63,879 nucleotides of DNA from positions 1 through 63,879 of the forward strand of contig CAJOLV010000009.1 in assembly GCA_905235515.1 (NCBI GenBank). The letters run 5' to 3'. This DNA is from an uncultured Bacilli bacterium (GTDB lineage: Bacteria > Bacillota_I > Bacilli_A > RFN20 > CAG-826). The position numbers and the translations under genes were made by a program. Shown in pieces: positions 28,487 through 39,284 of the stretch. Below the pieces are notes generated by a model. The model did no database searches. It worked only from the letters and a program-made list of their open reading frames with translations, and had not been told where the DNA came from. Each line of letters begins with the position of its first letter. Position 1 is the stretch's first letter.

Positions 28487-31400
28487 GTTTCTTTTTCCTC
28501 TTAATTAATAAAATTGTTATAACAGTTACTCCAGCAATGAGCACTAATCCCCCACCAATAGCAACAAACAAAATTGGAGTATTATCAACGAAAGTTGTTT
28601 TATCAACTACCACTTCAATCGTATTTTTAACAGTAATATTGAAAGAGACATCATCGTTAAGGACAATTTCATTTTCTCCTTCGTTTAAATATTGTTTAGA
28701 AATAATAAGTGAATAGTCTTTAACCACATAATTAGTGGCTTCTAAGTCTTGGCCATTGACTGTTACTCTAGTAATCTCATTATTTCCGATATAAATAGTC
28801 GCATCATTACCCATATCAATTTCCATATCATCAACGGAGAAATAATGACTAATTGTGGCATCGACTTTAATGACAAATGTATAAGCAGAACCAACAATTC
28901 TAAATTGATAGACACCACTATCTTTTAATAAATCAAAATAGGATTGTTTGATATATAAGTTATTACCAGATTGATAATAATAATCACTATCGATTAAGCG
29001 ATTGCCTAAGGTAACGTTATAGATGGCGCTTACAAATTGATCAACACCTAAATTGACCGCTAGTTCACCAGAAGAATATGTGTAATTCTCTTTAGCGAGA
29101 GATAAAGATTTAAATTGGGCTTTTCCGGAGAAAACATTTAAACCAAAATAGCCAGTAAGTGGTTCATCGTCATGTAACTTATAATTAATAGCGACTACTC
29201 CGTTAGCAATTACTTGAATATCTTTTTCAAGAGCTTTTACTGACAAAACAACATCATGTGAATCTAGGTTAATAACACCACTTCTTGCAAGTTCACCATG
29301 AGTGGACCATAATTTAACAACCTTTTCATTAGCGTCATAATTAGCGACTAAATAACTAGACATGTCACTAGAAGCTCTAAAGACTAATGAGGCTGCTGCT
29401 CCATTCATTAAATCGAATTGGCCAGTATAAGTAAAATCACTACCAGTTTCCGAGGCTAATAAGAAAGCGTTACCAGAAGCTTTTTCACCGATAATAGAAT
29501 TATCCGCCATGACCCATGAACCGGAAATGATATTGTCTTTAACAAATGTTAAATCGGAAGTAAAGTTAGATGAATAGACAATAACATTAATAAATTGTTC
29601 ATGTCCACCAACACTGACTTTAAATCTTGCCGTGCCAGCGTTTTTCGCTGTTAATAAAACTCCTTGATCACTGAATTTATAATTAACGACATCTTCATTA
29701 TCAATGACTTCCCAATTCAAAGATAAATCACCAGAGAAATAGCAAGTCACGAATAGAGAATTGACAAATTGTTTATCTAATTCGACTTCATTAGTGGAAA
29801 CATATAAGATACCTTCTTCAGGTAGGATATTTTTTTGATAAGCGGAGCGAATCTCATTTAATTCTAATTTCTTAATCACTGCGTTATCCGCTTTTAAGGA
29901 CGCACCTGTGGAGAAGATAGAAGCAGTTGTCACAAAATAGAAACTAATAGAGAAATCTTCACAGAACACTTCTAAGCCACCATTATCAGAGAGAACATAG
30001 AATGTCTTGATATCACTATCACCTAAGATATGGGAAGCATATTTAACATGCCAGTCAATATTTGTATTAATACCTTTATCATCTAAATAGGTACGGTCAA
30101 CATAATAACCATCAACGCTATTCCAGCCTAATTGCATGAATTCACCTTCACCAACATCAACTTTAAAGGTAATTGGGCTGTTCTCTTTTGTTTCAATAGT
30201 CGCGTCCATTTCAAAGATATGAGTGTGGACATCTTTTAATGGGTTAACACTATTAGAGGAGAGGTTTTTATTTTCTAAATAAACAATCTCATCTTTTTCT
30301 AAATGAGGATTATTAACTGTGATTGGTTTTTGTGAGAGGCGATATTCGCCACTATCACTCTTAAATACACCATATTCAACAGGTGTGGTAAATCCACCAT
30401 TCCAGCGTCCTCTTAAACCAGCGTATTCACCTGGACCAGTGCAGAAAGAAGCATTTAAATCGCCAGAGAACCAGTTTAAAACGATATCTTTGCCATAATA
30501 ATCACTGCTTGGATCTGTGATATAGAAGCCTTGAGAAGCATAAGAATCTGGGCCAAAATCTAATGGCTTTAATGGGATTGTATCTACTGTATAAGTTGAA
30601 ATATCAACATTATTTTCATCGTAGAATTTGACTGCGCCAGTCATTTCGTTATATTCCAAAGTACCTAAAATATAGGTTCTTGATTTATTAGTTAAATACC
30701 AGTGGTCAACATTATCTTTGTCCGTAAGAACACCAACACCGATACATTCAGGAGTCGGGAGTGGAAATTCTCCAGCGACAGCCCAATCTAATAAATTAGT
30801 GGATCTTAAAAACCATCCTTTATTTAAAGCATAGCTACTTAAAGTCATGCCCCAAACGAGGACTTTGCCACTAGAATCTTTCTTTAACGGAAAGACTTTT
30901 GGGTCTCTCCAGTCAATCTTATGGTCAGTAATACCGGTAATATCTTGTGGAATGCGATGACGTTTTGTCCAAGTTAATCCTTCATCATCACTAGAGATAA
31001 CGACTTGATCTTGACGTCCACCATCTCTAGTAAAGATTGCGATAATACCATTACCACCACCATTTGGGAACCAGTTTAAGGCATCGATTTCCGCAATCAT
31101 CCCATTAGTGTATGTAATTGCACAACCAGACCACATCCAAGCGGTGTCAGGGCCAAATTCTGTCCCTTGGCCTTCTGGGAATAAACAAAGTGGCAAGAAT
31201 TCAAAATGAATTAAATCTTTACTTCTCGCGTGTCCCCAGAACATATCACCCCAATAGAGATTGAATGGATGTGTTTGATAAAACACATGATAATAACCAT
31301 TGTAATAACATAAAGCATTTGGGTCATTTGTCCATTTAGCAAAAGGTTGTAAATGATATTGATTACGATATGGTTCAGAGAAATAGGAATAATCGGAGTG

Positions 31401-32024
31401 ACCGATTTCAATATTAGATAAGTAGACATCAGCGTTAAAACAATTCATACCTAAGTATCCACCTTGATAGGTATAAGTTGTTCCTAAATCATTTAAGTCG
31501 ATGACAGTATCAATGCCAAAACGTTTGATACCTTCAACATAAAATTCAAAATAAGCGTGTTCATCTTCTCTTGTGAGAATTACTTTTAAATTAACATTTT
31601 CGATTGTGTTAACTTTTGATTTAACAAAGTTAGATTCAATTTCAGTCATCTTATCGTTACCGATAAAATAATCTCTTCTTAATTCACTTGGAGTGTAGCC
31701 ACCTTCACCATTAGAGGCAAAATAGATTAATTTGACTTGGTTTTCAATTCTATCCATGTTAACGACATAGTAATGGTCATTATCTTCACTACCAAAGGCT
31801 AAACCACCAGCTTGTCCGCTTCTGAAATGTAAATCAGCAGTGTAAACAAAGCTTTCATCTTTGCCATATTGTTTGTCTAATAAACGGAAAGCATCCTTGT
31901 CGCTATTTAATGAGATATCGTCGTACGCTAAAGCGGATTTAATGTGATTTTTGCTGATAGTAAAACTAGAAAAGGCAAATAAAGAAACTAGGCCAGAGAT
32001 GAGTAATAAATGTCCCTTATTCAT
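28467..32024 (-). CDS. Large secreted, membrane-anchored GH32 fructanase (levanase-like) with accessory beta-sandwich modules
   Basis: Signal peptide; WTNDPNAL, WGHARSKDL, WSGC, WRDPKV and PEC motifs; flanking CBM66/DUF1080-like modules; C-terminal TM plus KRKKK. Confidence 0.85.
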   Translation of the reverse strand: MNKGHLLLISGLVSLFAFSSFTISKNHIKSALAYDDISLNSDKDAFRLLDKQYGKDESFVYTADLHFRSGQAGGLAFGSEDNDHYYVVNMDRIENQVKLIYFASNGEGGYTPSELRRDYFIGNDKMTEIESNFVKSKVNTIENVNLKVILTREDEHAYFEFYVEGIKRFGIDTVIDLNDLGTTYTYQGGYLGMNCFNADVYLSNIEIGHSDYSYFSEPYRNQYHLQPFAKWTNDPNALCYYNGYYHVFYQTHPFNLYWGDMFWGHARSKDLIHFEFLPLCLFPEGQGTEFGPDTAWMWSGCAITYTNGMIAEIDALNWFPNGGGNGIIAIFTRDGGRQDQVVISSDDEGLTWTKRHRIPQDITGITDHKIDWRDPKVFPLKKDSSGKVLVWGMTLSSYALNKGWFLRSTNLLDWAVAGEFPLPTPECIGVGVLTDKDNVDHWYLTNKSRTYILGTLEYNEMTGAVKFYDENNVDISTYTVDTIPLKPLDFGPDSYASQGFYITDPSSDYYGKDIVLNWFSGDLNASFCTGPGEYAGLRGRWNGGFTTPVEYGVFKSDSGEYRLSQKPITVNNPHLEKDEIVYLENKNLSSNSVNPLKDVHTHIFEMDATIETKENSPITFKVDVGEGEFMQLGWNSVDGYYVDRTYLDDKGINTNIDWHVKYASHILGDSDIKTFYVLSDNGGLEVFCEDFSISFYFVTTASIFSTGASLKADNAVIKKLELNEIRSAYQKNILPEEGILYVSTNEVELDKQFVNSLFVTCYFSGDLSLNWEVIDNEDVVNYKFSDQGVLLTAKNAGTARFKVSVGGHEQFINVIVYSSNFTSDLTFVKDNIISGSWVMADNSIIGEKASGNAFLLASETGSDFTYTGQFDLMNGAAASLVFRASSDMSSYLVANYDANEKVVKLWSTHGELARSGVINLDSHDVVLSVKALEKDIQVIANGVVAINYKLHDDEPLTGYFGLNVFSGKAQFKSLSLAKENYTYSSGELAVNLGVDQFVSAIYNVTLGNRLIDSDYYYQSGNNLYIKQSYFDLLKDSGVYQFRIVGSAYTFVIKVDATISHYFSVDDMEIDMGNDATIYIGNNEITRVTVNGQDLEATNYVVKDYSLIISKQYLNEGENEIVLNDDVSFNITVKNTIEVVVDKTTFVDNTPILFVAIGGGLVLIAGVTVITILLIKRKKKHALGNN

Positions 32025-33369
32025 GGTAATTCCTCACTATATTTTCATATTTATAAACTGTTTCACCAGTTTCTTTATCAAATAAGTGAATGTTCTTAGG
32101 TAAGAAACCAATATGGATTTCATCACCTTGCACTAGTGTGGATCTTTCTTGCACACTGATGGAGAATTCCACATCACTATCTTTTAATTTACAAAGAACG
32201 TTTGTGGTATTACCTAAGATTTCTACAAACGTTACAACTGCTTCAACACCACTATCAGAAATAGCGATATGTTCACCTCTAATACCTAAGACTAATGATT
32301 TTATATTTCCATCAATATATTGTTCAAACATTTCATTGAAATCTTTTAATGGATATTCAACTTTTTTACCATTTGGTAATTTAATAGTGACTTCTTTTAC
32401 ACCAGCGGCAAAGTCAACATCAAAGAAATTCATTTGTGGAGTGCCAATAAAGCCAGCGACAAATAGATTTAATGGATTATCATAGATTTCACTTGGAGCG
32501 CCGACTTGTTGAATTAAACCATCTTTCATAACGACAATTCGATCACCCATTGTCATCGCTTCGATTTGGTCGTGAGTGACATAGACAAAAGTTGTCTTCA
32601 CTCTTTCGTGTAATTTGACGATCTCATTACGCATGGAGGCTCTTAATTTAGCGTCTAAGTTAGATAATGGTTCATCTAATAAGAATACTTTAGGGTCTCT
32701 TACTAACGCTCTACCAAGGGCTACTCTTTGTCTTTGACCACCACTCATCTCGTTTGGTTTTCTATCAAGAAGGTGTTTAATATCTAAAACTTCTGCTGCT
32801 CTTTGCACTTTTTCATCAATTTCTTCTTTACTGTAATGCACCAATTTCATCTTTGGTGTGTCACATTTATTCTCTAATTCAGTAATTTTGGCTTTGATTT
32901 CACTAGCTTGTTCAGCAGTTGTCGCTTTTTTTAATTCTTTTTTAAGTTCCTTAATCGCTTCTTCATCTCTTCCATAAACTGGATTGCCTTCTTTATCTAA
33001 GACTGGTTTAGCGATTTTTCTTAATTTCAGACCATACGACATATTTCCATAGCTTGTCATATGAGGATATAAAGCATAATTTTGGAACACCATAGCGATG
33101 TTTCTTTTTGAGGCATCAATGTTATTAGAAAGGATATCATCGATATAAAGTTCACCACCGGATATATCTTCTAATCCCGCAATCATTCTTAAAGTTGTAG
33201 ATTTACCACAGCCAGAAGGACCAACTAAAACGACAAATTCGCCATCTTCGATTTCCAAATTAAAATCTCTAACAGCGAATGGCGAAATGTTTTGTTCTTG
33301 TTCTTTTTTCTTTTCTATTTTGCCACGAGGATAAGCCTTATAGATGTGGCGAAGCGAAATAGATGCCAT
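32017..33369 (-). CDS. Sugar ABC transporter ATP-binding protein (MsmK/MalK type) with internal insertion
   Basis: GPSGCGKST, VFQNYALYPH, MSGGQRQR and LLDEPLSNLD motifs; TOBE-like C-terminus. Confidence 0.95.
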   Translation of the reverse strand: MASISLRHIYKAYPRGKIEKKKEQEQNISPFAVRDFNLEIEDGEFVVLVGPSGCGKSTTLRMIAGLEDISGGELYIDDILSNNIDASKRNIAMVFQNYALYPHMTSYGNMSYGLKLRKIAKPVLDKEGNPVYGRDEEAIKELKKELKKATTAEQASEIKAKITELENKCDTPKMKLVHYSKEEIDEKVQRAAEVLDIKHLLDRKPNEMSGGQRQRVALGRALVRDPKVFLLDEPLSNLDAKLRASMRNEIVKLHERVKTTFVYVTHDQIEAMTMGDRIVVMKDGLIQQVGAPSEIYDNPLNLFVAGFIGTPQMNFFDVDFAAGVKEVTIKLPNGKKVEYPLKDFNEMFEQYIDGNIKSLVLGIRGEHIAISDSGVEAVVTFVEILGNTTNVLCKLKDSDVEFSISVQERSTLVQGDEIHIGFLPKNIHLFDKETGETVYKYENIVRNYHE

Positions 33370-33392
33370 AAAAATTCCTCTTATTATGCTTT

Positions 33393-33406
33393 TGGAAACG
33401 TTTCCA
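33393..33406. promoter_or_regulatory. LacI-family operator / cre-like palindrome upstream of the fructan operon
   Basis: Perfect palindrome TGGAAACGTTTCCA between the minus-strand TTGACT (33435-33440) and the SD of the first gene. Confidence 0.85.
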
Positions 33407-33597
33407 TTTATATTTTCACTCTAATTTTTTATTCAGTCAACGAAATAAAAATGCTTATTAATATTTAAAATTAAAAATATTGAGGAACAATCTAGTAATA
33501 TAGTCATTATTCATTTGGGATTATCTTTAGTTTTATTATTTTGATTTCTTTTTAATCCTTATAAATAGTTATAATAACTAAAGACGAGGTTATCTCT

Positions 33598-35919
33598 ATG
33601 AAACAATCACTTAATTATAATTGGAATTTTATTCCTTGTTATTCTGATGAGTTTTTAGCCAAGCTTCCTAGTGAAGTGACTAAAGTTAATATTCCTCACA
33701 CAGTTAAAGAAGTCCCCTATAACTACTTCTCAGAACAAACTTATCAATTCATCTCTACTTATGAGAAGTTTTTTGATGTTGAAAACTTTAATAATAAGAG
33801 AAAATATTTCTTACGCTTTGAAGGGTTTATGGTCAAAGCTAAGATTTATTTAAATAACAAATATTTAGGCGAACATGTTTCTATCTATATCCCTGTTGAA
33901 TTAGATGTCACTGATTATATTAAAGAAAAAGATAATCGTTTATTAGTGATTTTAGATAGCAAAGAAGATAGCAATTATCCCCCATTTGGCTTTGCTTTAG
34001 ATTATCTCACCTTTGGTGGTATCTATAGAGAAGTCTATTTAGTCAGTGAACCGCAAACATATTTAAGAAATATTTATGTTTATGGAGATATGTTAGGTGA
34101 AGTAAAGATTACTTATGACAAAATCGGTGAAGATAAATTAAAAATTAGACACGCAATATATAAGAATGATCTTTTAGTAAATGACTATTTTGTCGATTCA
34201 TTTAAAGTGCCTAATATTGAATTATGGGATATCGATAATCCTGTTCTCTATGAGGTGAGAACTGAAATTGAATGTAATGAGGAAAAAGAGACTTATATCA
34301 CTAAGATTGGCTTTAGAGATATTGAATTTAATAACACTGGATTTTATTTAAATAAAAAGAAAATCAAATTGATTGGATTAAATAGGCATCAGGGATATCC
34401 ATATATGGGGTATGCAGCCTCTAAATCATTACAAGAAGATGATGCTTATATCTTAAAAAATGAAGTTGGTGTAAATGTTATTAGAACTAGCCACTACCCA
34501 CAAAGTGAACATTTCTTAAATAAATGTGATGAATTAGGCTTATTGGTAGTTAATGAAATACCAGGATGGCAACATCTCAGTAAAGAAAAGATTTGGCGTG
34601 ACCAATGCTATAAAAACACTACGATGATGGTTTTAACTGAAAGAAACCATCCAAGCGTTATCGCTCACGGGGTGAGAATTGATGAATCTATTGATGACCA
34701 TGAACTTTATAGTGAGACTAATAGAATCGCTCATGAATTAGATCCCTATAGACCAACGATTGGAGTGAGAAACTTCACTAACAGTGAGTTATTAGAAGAT
34801 ATCTATGGCTATAACGATTTCATTTGTGATTCTTTGAACATTGGATTAAAAGACCCAAAGAAGATTAAATGGAGAAATAAATCCTTATTAGTCACTGAAT
34901 ATATGGGCCATATGGATCCAGTTAAACCAACTAGTGATAATGAGAAAAAGATTGAAGTAGCGTTAAGACACGCGAAAGTTATCGATGATAATTTGAAATA
35001 TGAAAACACCGCTGGAGCGATTGGTTGGTGCTTTGTTGATTATCATAGCCACGCTGATTTTGGAGGAGGAGATTATATTTGTCCTCATGGTGTCTATGAT
35101 TTATATCGTAATCCAAAATATTCTTCTTATATCTACGCTTCTCAACAAGATAAATTCCCTGTTTTACAAGTCTTATCAAATATGAAACCAGGTGATGTCC
35201 CAGAAGCCATCTTTAATGATATCTATGTCGCCACAAATTGTGACTATATTGAGCTATATAAGAATGATGAATTAGTGGATAGGTTTTATCCTAAAAATGA
35301 TGTGTTTAAATATTTAAAACATCCACCTATTCTCATCGATGATATTGTGGGATTAACTTTCAATGAAAAGAAATTCCCCACCAAAATGCACAGGAAAATT
35401 GCAAAAATGTTCTCTTATGCAGCGATGCATGGATTTAATCATCTACCGGTAAAGATGAAATTATATTTAGCCTACACTATGTTTAGATATAGAGTGCCTT
35501 ATTCTGAATTAGTTTTCTTTTGGAATAAATATGTTGGAGCTTGGGGTGGTAAAGCTAAAACATATGTGATTAAAGGTTATAAAGATGGACAATGTGTTAA
35601 ACAATTAGAAGTTGGTCCAAGCACTAAATTTGATTTAGAATGTTCTACTTCTAAAGATGTCTTAATAAACGCTGATACATATGATACTGCCCGCATTAGA
35701 GTGAGACATGTGGATGAGCACAATAACACCATGGATTATTCTCAACGTATTTTAGAAATATCCACTAAAGGACCTATTGAATTAGTGGGTCCAGAACATC
35801 AATCATTAATCGGTGGGCAATTAACATTATTTATTAAATCAAATGGTCAAAAAGGTAAAGGTCAGGTCACCATTAAGATGGATGATATTGTTAAAACAAT
35901 AGATTTTGAAATTAAATAA
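33598..35919 (+). CDS. GH2 beta-galactosidase
   Basis: DYLTFGGIYR, GLNRHQ, RTSHYPQ, RNHPS, RIDES, VTEYMGH and GWCFVDY motifs. Confidence 0.92.
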   Translation: MKQSLNYNWNFIPCYSDEFLAKLPSEVTKVNIPHTVKEVPYNYFSEQTYQFISTYEKFFDVENFNNKRKYFLRFEGFMVKAKIYLNNKYLGEHVSIYIPVELDVTDYIKEKDNRLLVILDSKEDSNYPPFGFALDYLTFGGIYREVYLVSEPQTYLRNIYVYGDMLGEVKITYDKIGEDKLKIRHAIYKNDLLVNDYFVDSFKVPNIELWDIDNPVLYEVRTEIECNEEKETYITKIGFRDIEFNNTGFYLNKKKIKLIGLNRHQGYPYMGYAASKSLQEDDAYILKNEVGVNVIRTSHYPQSEHFLNKCDELGLLVVNEIPGWQHLSKEKIWRDQCYKNTTMMVLTERNHPSVIAHGVRIDESIDDHELYSETNRIAHELDPYRPTIGVRNFTNSELLEDIYGYNDFICDSLNIGLKDPKKIKWRNKSLLVTEYMGHMDPVKPTSDNEKKIEVALRHAKVIDDNLKYENTAGAIGWCFVDYHSHADFGGGDYICPHGVYDLYRNPKYSSYIYASQQDKFPVLQVLSNMKPGDVPEAIFNDIYVATNCDYIELYKNDELVDRFYPKNDVFKYLKHPPILIDDIVGLTFNEKKFPTKMHRKIAKMFSYAAMHGFNHLPVKMKLYLAYTMFRYRVPYSELVFFWNKYVGAWGGKAKTYVIKGYKDGQCVKQLEVGPSTKFDLECSTSKDVLINADTYDTARIRVRHVDEHNNTMDYSQRILEISTKGPIELVGPEHQSLIGGQLTLFIKSNGQKGKGQVTIKMDDIVKTIDFEIK

Positions 35920-35951
35920 TATATAATTTCTAACGAGAGGAAAAAATAATT

Positions 35952-36473
35952 ATGACAAAACAAAAAATCTTTACAATTATTGAAGGCGCTATCATCATCG
36001 CTTTGGGTATCTTAATTGCTATCTATGGTCCAGAATCCGTATTAGATATGTATGCTGGCATTGTTTGCATCGTATTAGGTGCCGCAATTTTAATCGCTGA
36101 CATCGTTACTTATGCCAATAACAAAACATTAATGTTACCATCAGTGGTTTTACCATTTGTGTTGATTTCTATCGGTATTGGTTTAGTCATTAATGGTTAT
36201 TTATCATTAAGTGCAATCTTCGGATTCTTAATCTTTGCTTTAATCGGTATAGGTGTTGCATTAATGATTTGTGGTGGCTACCTTATCAGCAAGAAGTCAG
36301 TCGTTCTTGGTGTTGGTGAAATCGTTATCGGAGCTTTATTAGTTGTCTTCAGTTTCTTATACCTATTTGTCCCAGAATTCAAAAATGCATTCTGGATTAT
36401 CGTCGGTATCTTAGTGGCTCTCTCTGGTGTCTTATTTATCATCGGCGCATTCTTAGACAAGAAAAAGAAATAG
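35952..36473 (+). CDS. Membrane protein, HdeD/DUF308-like (about 6 TM)
   Basis: Six Gly-rich hydrophobic helices and a basic C-terminal tail. Confidence 0.6.
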   Translation: MTKQKIFTIIEGAIIIALGILIAIYGPESVLDMYAGIVCIVLGAAILIADIVTYANNKTLMLPSVVLPFVLISIGIGLVINGYLSLSAIFGFLIFALIGIGVALMICGGYLISKKSVVLGVGEIVIGALLVVFSFLYLFVPEFKNAFWIIVGILVALSGVLFIIGAFLDKKKK

Positions 36474-36495
36474 GTAATAGACCATTCATAAAGAT

Positions 36496-36521
36496 AGACC
36501 ACATATGTGGTCTTTTCTTTT
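36496..36521 (+). terminator. Intrinsic terminator
   Basis: AGACCACA-TA-TGTGGTCT followed by Ts. Confidence 0.7.
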
Positions 36522-36633
36522 ATTTCACAATATTTAGGAATGGTTTAATCTTTTCAGGTGTTCTAACTTATTCTAACTAAGCATAAAAAATAGACAATCA
36601 TAAGCTGTCTATTAATTAGTTTAGTTAATTATA

Positions 36634-37197
36634 CTACATTCCGTGAACGCTAATCCATTCGTCTAATTGCTTAATATCTTCTTCATCAGCAGCGACAACA
36701 AATGGAACGTTTCTTTGTAATTCATAATAGTCTAGTCCATAACCGATTAAGAATTTATTATCTTTTAATTCATAACCTTTGTATTGAACTTCAACATCTT
36801 TCATTCTTTCAAATTCCTTATTAAATAAAGCGCAGACTAACACTCTTTTTGGTTTATGTGTTTCAAAGTGACTGATTAAATAAGACATTGAACAGCCTGT
36901 ATCAACAATATCTTCAACGATGACAACTGTTCTTCCTTCACAGTCGTAAGAAATGTCTTTTAATAGTTGCACATTACCAGTGCTATTGACTCCACGATAG
37001 GAAGAGATTTGGACATAATCAGTGTAAATTGGAATCTTCACATTCTTGATTAAATCCGCCATAAAATTAACAGAACCCTTCAAAACCCCTACAAAAACTG
37101 GAATTCTTTCTTCATTTTTTAAATCATCTGTGAGTTCTTTTCCTAATCTTTCACAGATCTTTTGAATATCTTTTTCAGTTAATAAGACTTTTCCCAT
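36634..37197 (-). CDS. hpt: Hypoxanthine phosphoribosyltransferase
   Basis: GVLKGS, VVIVEDIVDTG and FLIGYGLDY motifs. Confidence 0.95.
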   Translation of the reverse strand: MGKVLLTEKDIQKICERLGKELTDDLKNEERIPVFVGVLKGSVNFMADLIKNVKIPIYTDYVQISSYRGVNSTGNVQLLKDISYDCEGRTVVIVEDIVDTGCSMSYLISHFETHKPKRVLVCALFNKEFERMKDVEVQYKGYELKDNKFLIGYGLDYYELQRNVPFVVAADEEDIKQLDEWISVHGM

Positions 37198-37198
37198 A

Positions 37199-38161
37199 TT
37201 AGTTGTTCTCCTTTACGTATTTGGTATGAACATCATGTAAGGAACCGCCTTGTTCTAAGGCGACTAAAATTCTTGAGAACAATGGAGCAAGACTGACAAC
37301 TTCAATCTTATCGCATTTCTTTTCTTCAGCAAGCGGGATTGAATCAGTAATAACAAGTTTTTCTAATTTAGAAGCTTTAATTCTATCAACTGCGCCTTTT
37401 GAAAGAACACCATGAGATATAGCAGCGTAAACTTTTTTAGCGCCTAATTCATATAATTTATCAACGGCCATTAATAAAGTTCCGGCTGTATCAACAATAT
37501 CATCAACGATAATACAATTTTTACCCTTCACATCACCAACAATGGATAATATTTCAGATTTATTTGGTTCTGGTCTTCTTTTATCGATAATCGCTAATGG
37601 AGCGTCAAATCTTTCGGCGAGGTTTCTCGTTCTGACCACACCACCATGATCGGGAGAAACACAAACAAGATTGTCGAGTTTTAAACTTGCAAAGTATTTA
37701 TAAAATAAAGGAATAGGAGAAATATCATCAACAGGGATAGAGAAGAAACCGACTAATTGAGAGGCGTGTAAATCAGTACAAACAAGACGATCAGCGCCAG
37801 CAACTTCTAACATATCTGCGACTAATCTCGCAGTAATTGGCTGACGAGGTTTAGCTTTTCTATCTTGTCTAGCGTATCCAAAATATGGAACAACACAAGT
37901 AATGGATTTTGCACTAGCTCTTTTACAAGAATCAATACAAACTAATAATTCCATCAATCTTTCAGTGACTGGAGGGCATGTCGATTGAATAATATAAACA
38001 TTATCGCCTCTAAATGATTTTTGTGATTCGAATAATACTTCACCATCAAGAAAGTGTGTCACTGTCGTTGGCAATAGCTCCGCACCAATCATTTTGGCCA
38101 TGCTATTAGCCATTTCAGTGTTTGCCGTCAATGCAATTAATTTTAAATGTTCATTAGCCAT
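37199..38161 (-). CDS. prs: Ribose-phosphate pyrophosphokinase
   Basis: PYFGYARQDRK, DLHASQ, VSPDHGG and IIVDDIVDTAGT motifs. Confidence 0.97.
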   Translation of the reverse strand: MANEHLKLIALTANTEMANSMAKMIGAELLPTTVTHFLDGEVLFESQKSFRGDNVYIIQSTCPPVTERLMELLVCIDSCKRASAKSITCVVPYFGYARQDRKAKPRQPITARLVADMLEVAGADRLVCTDLHASQLVGFFSIPVDDISPIPLFYKYFASLKLDNLVCVSPDHGGVVRTRNLAERFDAPLAIIDKRRPEPNKSEILSIVGDVKGKNCIIVDDIVDTAGTLLMAVDKLYELGAKKVYAAISHGVLSKGAVDRIKASKLEKLVITDSIPLAEEKKCDKIEVVSLAPLFSRILVALEQGGSLHDVHTKYVKENN

Positions 38162-38234
38162 GTTAGTCGCCTATTGATTAAAGTCTCTTTTATGTAATTA
38201 TAAATCAATAAATTTATTTATAAATATGAAAAAC

Positions 38235-39284
38235 TTAATTCTTTAATGCCCCTTTATATAGTTTGATTATCTCGTCAAACAAAGTGTAGTTTATTTCACT
38301 ATATAAGTAATGATTGATAGTTTTGATATAAGCTTTCTTCTCTTCATATGATTTTCTTTTAATCGAATTAAGGTGTTCATCTACTTCTTTTTGATAATCA
38401 TTTGATTGAGGTGAGTGCCATATGGAATCATGTCCACTTTGATTATCTATGCCGTAATAGAAAGTGACATTCGGGTTTTTAAATTCATCTTTATGACATA
38501 TCAATGATTGACTATTAAAATCGATTGTTTCGTCTTGTACGCCGTGGGCAATTAACATCGGAATCTTGGTGCTATTAAGGCCAAGAAGTGAATTATATTC
38601 GGTATATTTACCGAATAAAAATGACTGGTATGTATTTAAGAATTCTTTTGGGAATCCTTCAGTGGCTAATTCGCCAGCGTATTGAAAACCTTTTTCTAAG
38701 ATGAGGGTATAAGCATTATTGACTGCAGCAATAGAAGCGCAAGCTTTAATTCCTTTCTTTAAGCAGAGGACACTATTAACAGCGTATCCACCACAAGAAT
38801 GGCCTAATAAAAATAAAGGCATTTTCTTAAAACGTCGATCCTTTTGTAGAAAAGTTATCGCGCTTTCACAATCGATTAAAGTTTGGCAAAAACCGACTTG
38901 AGATTTTCCTTCTGATGAATAGACACCCCTACCATCGTAGGAGAAAACTGCAAAACCATTCTTTACTAGATAATAATATATTGGTAAATAGTCATCTGCC
39001 CCGGATTTAAAGCCATGGACAAATAAAACCAGGCCAAGAGGCTTATCGCATGGATAATAATATCCTTCTAGCATCACTCTTTTAGAAGGGAACATGATTA
39101 ATTCTCTCGGGAGAAGAAAACCATATCTCGCATAATCATATAAACCTGGTTTTAAAGAATAATCTGGTCTTTTTAAGCGCTGAAAAATCGCATCATAAAC
39201 TTTTTTAGAAGCGACAACAGCCCCTAAATTTAATCCTGTTTTAAGAATTAATCGTTTTAAAGATACGTGTTCTTGTTCTGTCAT
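38235..39284 (-). CDS. Alpha/beta hydrolase (lipase/lysophospholipase-like)
   Basis: FVHG, YDGRG, GHSCGG nucleophile elbow, HGVQD and GHD motifs. Confidence 0.85.
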   Translation of the reverse strand: MTEQEHVSLKRLILKTGLNLGAVVASKKVYDAIFQRLKRPDYSLKPGLYDYARYGFLLPRELIMFPSKRVMLEGYYYPCDKPLGLVLFVHGFKSGADDYLPIYYYLVKNGFAVFSYDGRGVYSSEGKSQVGFCQTLIDCESAITFLQKDRRFKKMPLFLLGHSCGGYAVNSVLCLKKGIKACASIAAVNNAYTLILEKGFQYAGELATEGFPKEFLNTYQSFLFGKYTEYNSLLGLNSTKIPMLIAHGVQDETIDFNSQSLICHKDEFKNPNVTFYYGIDNQSGHDSIWHSPQSNDYQKEVDEHLNSIKRKSYEEKKAYIKTINHYLYSEINYTLFDEIIKLYKGALKN

